Assembly: GCA_020444425.1 (NCBI GenBank)
Contig: JAHLLB010000021.1
Coordinates: forward strand, 5,038-69,037
Reading direction: 5' to 3'
Source of the DNA: a bacterium
GTDB taxonomy: Bacteria; Electryoneota; Electryoneia; Electryoneales; Electryoneaceae
Length of the DNA stretch: 64,000 bases
The notes below the pieces were generated by a model that made no database searches, was not told the origin of the DNA, and saw nothing but the letters and a program-made list of their open reading frames with translations. A program made the translations under genes and the position numbers. This document shows positions 38,619-46,629 of this stretch, piece by piece (within the stretch, counting starts at the first letter, position 1; every line of letters begins with the position of its first letter).

Positions 38619-39278
38619 CAGTTCCTCCGATACTCGGCGGGATTACCACCGCAAAAGGGTTGCGCGAACGGTGCGTCAAAGATCCGGACGGGGCATGAAC
38701 TTGAGGGGGTCAGCTGTATTGTAACATCCGTCGTTTCATGCCTTAGCATCAGGATACGCGTTCCCGGCGCGTTTGTCAATCGAATGTGTGAAAATCTTAA
38801 TTTTGCTGGCGAACTGCTACTCAAATCCTGACTCCGGAGTCATCGAATGAAACTATTTCATGTTTGAAATCGTTTTGCATTGGAGTTCGGAATGTTGCAT
38901 CTTGGTTACGTCTTCGGGGGATACTCATGAAGATTCATCCGAACAAGAAGTCAACCGTTTGGGGATTCGCCAGCCATCGACGGCCCACCCTGTTTCAATC
39001 CCTGAGTTTTCACGGATCAGCTTTTCTGAATTTCTGTGTTCAGAGAGCTAGGTAATGAGTTAGGGAAGCCTTTAAACAATGAAAAGTCAGGGGTTTAGCT
39101 TTTGAAGCATGGGAAAAGTTTGGTGTAGCTAATATTTGATATACAGTTGAATAAGGTTTGCAAAGCGTTACGAAAAACGAAAAAGGCGATGAGTTGTAAA
39201 TACATAAGTTAGCCTGGATAAACAATTTAACGTGTTGTTTTTCAAAGAGTAAACGGGAGACACCCTGAGAGACAACAC

Positions 39279-39307
39279 TTGACAGAGTGTAGGATAGAGG
39301 TTATCTT
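39279..39307 (+). promoter_or_regulatory. candidate sigma70-type promoter
   Basis: TTGACA (39279..39284), 17 nt, TATCTT (39302..39307), ~125 nt upstream of ATG 39432. Confidence 0.3.
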
Positions 39308-39431
39308 TGCGGCCCCGAAGAGTAGATGACAGTTGCAGGCTGGGCAGCCTTGCAGTCAACCTTCGGTCAGCTTCGCGGTAGTGAAAGAGGCGCGAGTATC
39401 CACAGCTGCCCCGACATGGAGGAGAGATACC

Positions 39432-39779
39432 ATGAGCCCTACCGTAGAGATGTACGAACAGAGCATGCCGACTCTGGACGAGATTGAACGTGAGCTCGAG
39501 ACGTGGGAAGAGCGTATCAATAGTTGGGCGGATCGGATTCCCTGGAGTGAGCCGGAACAGCGTGGCAATGCGTTGACGACGGCGAAGTTCCTTCGCAAGA
39601 TGGTTGCTGAATCCTGGATTCACCTTCTCGCCTGCCGCGCGCGTGGCGCGGACCTGATGGATCCTTCGGCCTTCCGTACCCGCCGGATCTTCCGTCAGCT
39701 GAACGAATACGCCCCCGGGTTGATCGAGAAGATGGAATCTCGTCTGCCGGAATCTGTCCCGAGCATGGCGGCTGCCTGA
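39432..39779 (+). CDS. hypothetical protein (115 aa)
   Basis: ORF track gives 39333..39779; the internal ATG is preceded by GGAGAG. Helical-looking sequence (MSPTVEMYEQSMPTLDEIERELETWEERINSW...), no recognised motif. A clean terminator follows. Confidence 0.5.
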   Translation: MSPTVEMYEQSMPTLDEIERELETWEERINSWADRIPWSEPEQRGNALTTAKFLRKMVAESWIHLLACRARGADLMDPSAFRTRRIFRQLNEYAPGLIEKMESRLPESVPSMAAA

Positions 39780-39819
39780 TCGATCTACGCAGCACGAGTT
39801 ACCTGCATTGACGACAAGA

Positions 39820-39842
39820 CCCCACGATTTCGTGGGGTTTTT
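39820..39842 (+). terminator. rho-independent terminator
   Basis: CCCCACG-attt-CGTGGGG followed by TTTTT. Confidence 0.75.
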
Positions 39843-39869
39843 CCTCTCTCGGGGAGGGTACGGTTCCGG

Positions 39870-40916
39870 TCAATGGTGTCGCTTGCTTGCCGGTTTCTGT
39901 TTCAGAAACTCGCGTTCTACTCCGGCGAGGGTTTCCGCAAACTCCAGGTCGTCCCGCAGTTTGTACCGCACCTGCCGCCGCATGTGGGCCATCGCGCTAC
40001 CGCTGATGTTCAGCCTCTCCCCCAGTTCACGGATGCCACCGTTTCCAATCAGATGCCGCATGGCCAGTTCGACGAGGATTTTCCGTCCCGGGTGACGGGC
40101 GCGTGCGCGCAGGAGATCATCCGGTGGGACTTCATACGATCGGGCTACGGCCCGGACGAGTCGGTTGAAACGAACCCGGATTTCGTTGCGATTGACACCG
40201 TTCCCCTTTGCCGGCAAAGGGGAATGCGCGCCGGTGCGTCCGCGCGCGCGTTCGTAGTGTTCCTGAATGAAGTCCTTGCTGCCGAGCAGGCTCATCGCCT
40301 TGACCTGGTCGAACACGTCGGGCTGTTTGCTGACGTTCTTCGCGCCCTGCATGATGTACCAGAACGGGGCTTCGTCCGGACGTCCCGGTTGCAAATGCGC
40401 CAGCCGGCGCACGGCTTCGCGGCGGTTGAACCACGCCGGGCCCTCTTCCTGTCCACTGTAGATCGGCAGTGATGTCCAGCGTGTCTTCAGAATTTCGCCG
40501 ATCTTGCGCGCTTCGCTCTCGTTGGACCAGTGCCCGCCGATGACGGGTGCGAGGTGGATCCGTTGCAGCACATCGGCGAACAACGGACCGTCCTGCACCA
40601 GGATCGAACGGTGCCGGTCGCGGATCTTCGGGAGATCACGAAAGTTCAGCGCCTTCAGCCGGTTGAAGTATCCGGCCTGGCAGCGGTGGATAAAGCTGGA
40701 GAGAGGAAGTTGGCCGGAACGGACAAACAACAGCGCGGAATTCGGCAGCAGGGCATAGGCGAAAATGGTGACGCCGTACGCTTCGGTGGCGTCCCCGATG
40801 GACGCGAGGAACAGGCCGCGTTCTTCTTCCGATACGAACAGGTCAGTATCGGGTCGAACGCGGATCTGCAGGATGTAGAGAGCGTCTGGGATGTGGATGC
40901 GCACGGGTCGAGCCAT
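39870..40916 (-). CDS. IS200/RayT-like Y1-transposase-fold protein fused to a DnaA C-terminal-type HTH domain (HUH motif degenerate)
   Basis: ORF track gives 39870..40952; start at MARPVRIHIPDALYILQI. N-terminal domain follows the Y1 transposase layout, but the HUH position reads LLPNSALLF. C-terminus RKILVELAMRHLIGNGGIRELGERLNISGSAMAHMRRQV resembles the Bac_DnaA_C HTH. Confidence 0.6.
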   Translation of the reverse strand: MARPVRIHIPDALYILQIRVRPDTDLFVSEEERGLFLASIGDATEAYGVTIFAYALLPNSALLFVRSGQLPLSSFIHRCQAGYFNRLKALNFRDLPKIRDRHRSILVQDGPLFADVLQRIHLAPVIGGHWSNESEARKIGEILKTRWTSLPIYSGQEEGPAWFNRREAVRRLAHLQPGRPDEAPFWYIMQGAKNVSKQPDVFDQVKAMSLLGSKDFIQEHYERARGRTGAHSPLPAKGNGVNRNEIRVRFNRLVRAVARSYEVPPDDLLRARARHPGRKILVELAMRHLIGNGGIRELGERLNISGSAMAHMRRQVRYKLRDDLEFAETLAGVEREFLKQKPASKRHH

Positions 40917-41106
40917 GGCGCCCAAGGTAGAGAACAAGAAGTGCCGCGACAAGCGCGCTCGGGGGCGGGAGCTGTTGTGAAATTCTTGTTAGTTCAGTAA
41001 TTAAGCTATTGGTAAATAAAAATATGGGACTCGTTTGCGGCTTAGCTTTCCTCCCGCAGTATCGTTAGCAGATGAATACATCGCGACTTGCAGCTACAAC
41101 CCATCG

Positions 41107-41143
41107 CAAAAGCGGTCACGTGTCGATGCCACCACATGACCGC
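41107..41143 (-). terminator. candidate terminator after nadA
   Basis: On the minus strand, GCGGTCA-(18 nt)-TGACCGC followed by TTTTGC, ~50 nt after the stop and beyond the heptamer array. Confidence 0.35.
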
Positions 41144-41158
41144 TGCAAATGCTCATTG

Positions 41159-41193
41159 TCCGCCGACCGTAGCCCGCAGTCCACAGCCTTCAG
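41159..41193. repeat. heptanucleotide tandem array (5 units, NCCNYAG)
   Basis: tccgccg accgtag cccgcag tccacag ccttcag, directly abutting the nadA stop codon (41194..41196). Confidence 0.7.
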
Positions 41194-42348
41194 TTACCCC
41201 GTGATCTCGAACATGCGTTGTAGCGCGATGTTGGAGAGGCGGCGGGTTTCGTCGTCAACGGTGATCTGCCAGCGATATTCACCGTTCACCAGCGCCTTCA
41301 TGCTGTCCCGCAAGGCTTCCGGGCTGATCCGGAACATGGTTGAGCAGAGGCAGGCGTACGGCGCGAGGCTGAACACTTCCTTACCGTCCGCGGCCATCTC
41401 CGCGCCGAGCCGGTTGACGAGGTGATTTTCGGTGCCGACGGCCCACTTCGTACCTGCGGGCGCCTCACGGATCGTCTTCAGAATCCCACCGGTGGAACCG
41501 GAATAGTCGGCTTTCTGCACCACCTCATGGCTGCACTCGGGGTGCACGATGACCTTGATCTCCGGGTCACGTTTGCGCCACACATCCACGTGTTCCGGGA
41601 CGAAGTGCTGGTGTACGCTACAGTGCCCGCGCCAAAGCAGGATGCGGGAGTTTTTGATCGTGTCACGGTCATGCCCACCGAGATCCTCTTCCGGATCCCA
41701 GACAATCATATCGTCCAATGGCACGCCGAGATCGTAGCTGGTGTTGCGGCCCAGGTGCTGATCGGGGAAGAAGAACAGTTTTTCGCCGCGTTCCAGCGCC
41801 CACTTGATGATCTTCTGTGCGTTGGAGGAGGTACAGATCGTGCCGCCGTGCTTGCCGACAAACGCCTTGACGTCGGCGGTGGAGTTGATGTATGTGACCG
41901 GCGTGATCTTCGTGGTGTCGTAAAACTGGCCGATCTGCTCCCACGCGTCCTCGATGTCGTCAATCTCGGCCATGTCGGCCATGGTGCAGCCTGCACGCTT
42001 GTCCGGCAAAATGACGGTGACATCCTTCGGCGTGAGCATGTCGGCGGTTTCAGCCATGAAGTGCACACCGAGGAAGATGACAAACTTCGCATCATCCATT
42101 TTCGCTGCGTACTGGCTGAGCGCGAGGCTGTCGCCGCGTTTGTCGGCGAACTGGATGACTTCGTCCCGCTGGTAGTGATGCCCGAGCAGGACCAGATCCG
42201 ATCCTAGCTGTGCGCGCAGGTCGCGGATCTCGTCAATCAGCTGCGGCGGGATGATCGGATCGCCCATTTTCGTGACATCGGCAATGGGTTGTTCCGGATT
42301 CCAACGGACATCCATCTTGTCGGTTACATCTGGGGTCTTGATCGCCAT
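41194..42348 (-). CDS. nadA: quinolinate synthase
   Basis: LLGHHYQRDEVIQFAD, VHFMAETADML, CTMADMA, and conserved Cys-containing blocks (ICTSSNA, HPECSHEV). Confidence 0.9.
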   Translation of the reverse strand: MAIKTPDVTDKMDVRWNPEQPIADVTKMGDPIIPPQLIDEIRDLRAQLGSDLVLLGHHYQRDEVIQFADKRGDSLALSQYAAKMDDAKFVIFLGVHFMAETADMLTPKDVTVILPDKRAGCTMADMAEIDDIEDAWEQIGQFYDTTKITPVTYINSTADVKAFVGKHGGTICTSSNAQKIIKWALERGEKLFFFPDQHLGRNTSYDLGVPLDDMIVWDPEEDLGGHDRDTIKNSRILLWRGHCSVHQHFVPEHVDVWRKRDPEIKVIVHPECSHEVVQKADYSGSTGGILKTIREAPAGTKWAVGTENHLVNRLGAEMAADGKEVFSLAPYACLCSTMFRISPEALRDSMKALVNGEYRWQITVDDETRRLSNIALQRMFEITG

Positions 42349-42520
42349 GGCAACAGCATCCTCGGGGGCGGTTCAAACCAAAGATTCACGCGAATGAACC
42401 GTGAATATAACAGCCTGATTCGGCCTCAACCCGGCTCGGCTCGGCGGGAATATCCATCGGTTAGCGTATTCTAACTCTCTCACGTTGCAGTGGGGTAAAC
42501 GTTTCAATGGTGCGAATGCC

Positions 42521-44404
42521 TCATGGGGCCGCGAACGGTCCATACGCCGGTGCTTGCGGATGCTGCAGATCGGTCAGCCGCCATGCTTTCATCCGCACCC
42601 AACGGTTGCGGTGACGGACCGAATCCAGCGGCAACGGTTCGACTGCGGAAAACCGTGGCGCGAAGTGCTTTTCCGGGTCGATGTCGTAGCGTGCCTGGGT
42701 GATGAAGACGCCGGACCAGCGTTCGTACTGCGTCTCCGGTGCCCACCATGCGAACATGTGGGAATCGACCGGGTTGAGCAGCACGATGGTGTGTGCACCC
42801 TGATCCGCCCACGCCAGCTCGCCGGCGGTGAACCACTTGTGCGCGAAGATGAGATCGTTTTCGGTCAGTTCGCCGGACTGCTCGAGCTCATCCAACGCCG
42901 CCCTCCACCCTGCCGGGTCAAGCGTTGGGTCGGAACGTGGTTCCAGAGGAATGAACCCGGTTGCTGCCTGAATCACAACCAACAAGACCAGCAGCAGGTT
43001 CACACCGATCGCGATGGCGATGTTGCGTTGCACGCGAGTTGTCCACGCAAACCCTCCCGCCGCCAGCACGAACGCCGCAGCGTACCCCGGCATGGTCCAA
43101 TGCGGCAAGATGCCGCGAGTCAGTCCGATCAAGGTGATCCCGATGACCGGTGTCAGGAAAAATGCGACGAGCCAGCGGTCACTGGGCGAGGTGTGAGGTG
43201 TGAGGTGTGAGGTATGAGGAACAGCATTAGACGTGCCCGTGTCTGCTTGCAGACGCGGCCCCGAGACTGCTTGCTCAACGTTCGTGCCCGCAGCTTCACC
43301 ACTCGACTTCCTCAGGTCGGTCGATCCTGACGTGCGAGTACGTCGTGGCACACCGGGTTCCACAGGGGACACTTTCTCCGAAAGTGTCCCCTGTGACCGG
43401 CGTCTCCGGAACGCACCCCAGAACAGCACCACCGCCAGCCACGGTGTCAGGTACCCGATCTGCCCGCCGATCGCCTGCCCGATCAGATCGAAGCGCAGTC
43501 GCAGTTCGCCGCTGGTCCCTTTGCCGAGCTGTTCGGCGAACGAGATCCAGTGATTGTTCGCGTTCCACCAGATCGTCGGCGCGAACACCAGCACTGCGAT
43601 CACGAGTGCTAAATACAGCCGCCAGTCCAACCACCAGCGACGCAGCTGCTTGTCGTAGATCGACGCAATCACCAGCGACGCCGGCAACAACACGGCGTGG
43701 TACTTGGCGAGCAGCGCCAGTCCGGTGAAGACGCCCAGAAGGGCGAACAGCAAGGTCCGTTGGACGTAGGTCTGAGGTGTGAGGTGTGAGCTATGAGGAA
43801 CACCCTCACCCACATCACCACTTGTTCCCGTTTCCAAAGTGCCCGTGTCTGCTTGCAGACGCGGACGCTCCGCAGCTTCACCACCCGGCTTCCCTACATC
43901 TGTCGATCCCGACGTGCGAGCACGTCGGGGCACACCTGCCGGGGACACTTTCGGAGAAAGTGTCCCCGTATCGACTGTATTCCGCAACCGTTCGGCAACC
44001 ACCAGTGCCCAGACCCACGCCAGCAACAGGGCGTTGTCGGGGATCACGAACGCCCCCGCACCGACGAGGAAATAGGGGGCCGCGTGGAGCAGGAGCACCG
44101 CGAACCGGGCGGCGTTGCGGTTGTATACTCGTCCCGCGAGCAGGTAAACTCCGGGCAGGGTGAGGGTAAAGGCCAGTACCGCACCGAGACGCAGGGTCAG
44201 CGGGGTCCACAGTCCGGTCAGCCAGGTGCCAAGGCCGGCGATCAGTGCAACTGCTGGCGGATGGTCGAAATAGCCCCACGCGAGGTTGCGGGCGAAAAGA
44301 TGGTAGTAGGCTTCGTCAAAGCCGGGCCCGATCATTCCTGACAGTGCGAGGCGCACGGCGAACGATACGGCAAGCGTGACCCAGAAGACACGATCACGGA
44401 ACAT
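42521..44404 (-). CDS. ArnT/PMT-like (GT39/GT83-type) membrane glycosyltransferase carrying two in-frame repeat-element insertions
   Basis: GFDEAYYHLFARNLAWGYFDHPPAVAL signature and many TM helices. The ORF is open to 44482, so the start is uncertain (MFRDRVFWV at 44404 preferred). Two ~65-aa low-complexity inserts are encoded by the repeat copies listed below. Confidence 0.75.
   Translation of the reverse strand: MFRDRVFWVTLAVSFAVRLALSGMIGPGFDEAYYHLFARNLAWGYFDHPPAVALIAGLGTWLTGLWTPLTLRLGAVLAFTLTLPGVYLLAGRVYNRNAARFAVLLLHAAPYFLVGAGAFVIPDNALLLAWVWALVVAERLRNTVDTGTLSPKVSPAGVPRRARTSGSTDVGKPGGEAAERPRLQADTGTLETGTSGDVGEGVPHSSHLTPQTYVQRTLLFALLGVFTGLALLAKYHAVLLPASLVIASIYDKQLRRWWLDWRLYLALVIAVLVFAPTIWWNANNHWISFAEQLGKGTSGELRLRFDLIGQAIGGQIGYLTPWLAVVLFWGAFRRRRSQGTLSEKVSPVEPGVPRRTRTSGSTDLRKSSGEAAGTNVEQAVSGPRLQADTGTSNAVPHTSHLTPHTSPSDRWLVAFFLTPVIGITLIGLTRGILPHWTMPGYAAAFVLAAGGFAWTTRVQRNIAIAIGVNLLLVLLVVIQAATGFIPLEPRSDPTLDPAGWRAALDELEQSGELTENDLIFAHKWFTAGELAWADQGAHTIVLLNPVDSHMFAWWAPETQYERWSGVFITQARYDIDPEKHFAPRFSAVEPLPLDSVRHRNRWVRMKAWRLTDLQHPQAPAYGPFAAP
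43188..43391. repeat. mosaic palindromic repeat element, copy A (inside the glycosyltransferase CDS)
   Basis: Modules in order: (GAGGTRT)x5 heptamers; GTGCCCGTGTCTGCTTGCAGACGCGG hairpin; CGCAGCTTCACCAC; GTCGATCCTGACGTGCGAGTACGTCG hairpin; GGGGACACTTTC-TCC-GAAAGTGTCCCC hairpin. Same order as copy B. Confidence 0.8.
43774..43967. repeat. mosaic palindromic repeat element, copy B (inside the glycosyltransferase CDS)
   Basis: Same module order as copy A with different internal spacers. The terminal hairpin is GGGGACACTTTC-GGA-GAAAGTGTCCCC, so its loop is the reverse complement of the loop in copy A. Confidence 0.8.
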
Positions 44405-44432
44405 GGTGGCGAAGGTGACAGATTCCGAAAGC

Positions 44433-44990
44433 ATGGCGAAAGGTACAGCATCCAGCGGCGGGCCGGAAGGCGGCAGGTTCAAACAGGGCCCGCAACCGGG
44501 GTCGCTGACCCGTGTGCTGCTGGTCGACGATAACGACCGTTACGCCAAGTCTTTAACCGAGGATCTGCACCGTCGCGGGGTCGAGGACATCGTGCGTGCG
44601 GTGAACGCGAAGGAAGGCGTGGAACTGTTGCGTGCCCGTGGGGACGAGTTCGACGGCGTCGTCTCCGACATCTCGATGGAGCATCAGATCAGCGGGTTGC
44701 GTGTGCTGCGGGTCGCGCGTGCCCTCGACAAACAGCGGCGGGCGACAGTGATTGCCAGGACGGATGATCCGCGCCAGCAAAGCTTGCGCGGGCATCAAGC
44801 CCAGGACGAATCCACAACGCTTCGACCCCTGATGGTCGCGTGCGCCACCACCGGCCTCGACACACCGGCCGGCTATCAGTTCAACAAGTTCCTGCTCGGC
44901 ACGTTGTACCGTTGCGACTTCCTGATCCCGAAACGCCCGATCAAACGCGACGGGAAGGTGTTCTGGATTCGAGGGGCAAAGGTGTGGTAG
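44433..44990 (+). CDS. receiver-domain-like protein (atypical response regulator)
   Basis: ORF track gives 44376..44990; start uncertain (MAKGTASS at 44433 avoids overlap with the divergent gene). RVLLVDDNDRY...DGVVSDISME resembles a CheY-like acidic pocket and phospho-acceptor. The C-terminal part is unfamiliar. Confidence 0.45.
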   Translation: MAKGTASSGGPEGGRFKQGPQPGSLTRVLLVDDNDRYAKSLTEDLHRRGVEDIVRAVNAKEGVELLRARGDEFDGVVSDISMEHQISGLRVLRVARALDKQRRATVIARTDDPRQQSLRGHQAQDESTTLRPLMVACATTGLDTPAGYQFNKFLLGTLYRCDFLIPKRPIKRDGKVFWIRGAKVW

Positions 44991-45085
44991 AACTGGTAGC
45001 GAGGCTTGTAAGTCACTCCCAGTAAAACAGCGTTGTAGCCGGATATAAGATTCCTTAAGATATTACTAGGCAAAGGGAGCCACTC

Positions 45086-46540
45086 ATGAAATATTCTACC
45101 ATTATCACCCTGTTCCTGCTCGTGACTTTCTCCGTAATTCCCTCTTTTTCACAACCTCCGCAGCGAGAGTGGAGAAGGAATTGGGGGTTTCCCTACACAA
45201 ACGAAGCTGCCTACTCTGTGGCAAGCCTTCCGGGGAATGGCTTTGTCGTGGGTGCAAGTACGCGCATCTTCAGCAATTCTGGCTTGTTACTTGGTTTTAC
45301 CCAAGCTGGCAATGTGATTGGATATCAACCAGAGCTGCCTACTGGACGGATCTACTCGATTGCCACTCTACCTGAAACAGGCACGGCATGGATTAGTAAT
45401 GGCAACAGCATCATCTTGGGTTTCACACAGTTTTCAGGTGAAACGCCTTGGAGCCATACGCTCCCAGGGTTTTCTCGAGTTGTCACAAATAGTAACAATA
45501 ACATTGTTACCGCTGTGTCAACTGACAATGTGATCGGAGCACCGGTTGAGCTGAGAACTTATAGCAATACAGGCACCTTACTGACAACAGAAAACTACTA
45601 CTTGGATAATAACGGCGAATCAGCAATTTCTTCTTTATCAATAACAAGTTCGGGACAATATCTAATGAGTGGTGTGATTTCAATTAACGATGAATTACAA
45701 GGATGGACCTTGAGACTCGATGAAAATGGTGATTCTTTGAATGTCATTTATTATCGTACATACATGCACACCAGTCCCGCGCACGATAACGGCTTTTATG
45801 CTTTTTCACTCCTAACCAATGAACTTGCGAGATTCAGTGCTACGGACGAACTCGTCTGGGAGACAAATGTCGACCATTATCATGAGCCGGATGCCCCAGT
45901 CCCAACCGCCGATGGTGGAGTAATTGTACTTGGTTTTACAGGTGATGGACCGCCTTCAGCCGTAGCGGACAAGTTCGATGCTGCTGGTAATGCACTTTGG
46001 AGTTATCAGACTCAAGGGCCTTGGTTTGAGGATACGTACGCCTATGACGGGATCGGTCTTGAAGATGGCTACCTGTTGGTCGGAAAGACTGATTGGCCGC
46101 AGCAGGATTACAATTATTCGCAAATCTGGGTCGAACGACTCGGTTTGGACATCACGGATCAACGGATTCTCGCCTGGCCAGCTCGGGATAGTGTTGTCGT
46201 CCTGCCGGGGGAATCGTTCCGTTGGAATGGCCGGCTGAAAAATAACCTTTCTGAACCAGTAACTACTGATGTCTGGGTTCAGGTGTTAACGCCTGGTGGC
46301 ACACTCACGGACCCGGTTCACCTTTGGGAAGATGTTGCTTTGTCTGCCGATGAGGTGATTCAGGTTTCACCATTCCAATATGTACCTACATGGGTTGAAC
46401 CGGGAACGTATCACTATCTCGTCCGGATCGGTGACTATCCGCAGGAGAGGTATGAGGATGTATTTCAATTCACTGTGGCCAGCACCAGTTCAACCAGTAG
46501 CCCTTCAGAACCTGACGATTGGCGGCTTCGGCTGCGTTAA
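45086..46540 (+). CDS. secreted hypothetical protein (lower-GC gene)
   Basis: Signal peptide MKYSTIITLFLLVTFSVIPSFSQ. Repetitive beta-rich sequence with no recognised motif. Codon usage is visibly less GC-rich than the neighbours. Confidence 0.6.
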   Translation: MKYSTIITLFLLVTFSVIPSFSQPPQREWRRNWGFPYTNEAAYSVASLPGNGFVVGASTRIFSNSGLLLGFTQAGNVIGYQPELPTGRIYSIATLPETGTAWISNGNSIILGFTQFSGETPWSHTLPGFSRVVTNSNNNIVTAVSTDNVIGAPVELRTYSNTGTLLTTENYYLDNNGESAISSLSITSSGQYLMSGVISINDELQGWTLRLDENGDSLNVIYYRTYMHTSPAHDNGFYAFSLLTNELARFSATDELVWETNVDHYHEPDAPVPTADGGVIVLGFTGDGPPSAVADKFDAAGNALWSYQTQGPWFEDTYAYDGIGLEDGYLLVGKTDWPQQDYNYSQIWVERLGLDITDQRILAWPARDSVVVLPGESFRWNGRLKNNLSEPVTTDVWVQVLTPGGTLTDPVHLWEDVALSADEVIQVSPFQYVPTWVEPGTYHYLVRIGDYPQERYEDVFQFTVASTSSTSSPSEPDDWRLRLR

Positions 46541-46582
46541 GGGGGGGATTCACAAACAACCCTAGCGACCGCTTTGGCAACA

Positions 46583-46629
46583 CCGTACTACACCAGCCCG
46601 CAGTCCGTAGCCCGCGGCCAGCAGCCCGC
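46583..46629. repeat. heptanucleotide tandem array (~6.5 units, NCCGYAG)
   Basis: ccgtact acaccag cccgcag tccgtag cccgcgg ccagcag cccgc, abutting the stop codon at 46630..46632. Confidence 0.7.

Noticed and set aside
43233-44075. Plus-strand ORFs 43233..43553 and 43839..44075 (both MPVSACRRG...), and other short ORFs across the repeat copies.
   Set aside because: They start within the repeated hairpin module and simply reflect that the element is open in several frames. They are antisense to a glycosyltransferase frame with family motifs on both sides.
44376-44482. Apparent ~100-nt overlap of the divergent glycosyltransferase and receiver-domain ORFs.
   Set aside because: This is most likely an artefact of taking the longest ORFs. 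The internal starts (44404 minus strand, 44433 plus strand) remove the overlap, though the true starts cannot be fixed from the sequence alone.
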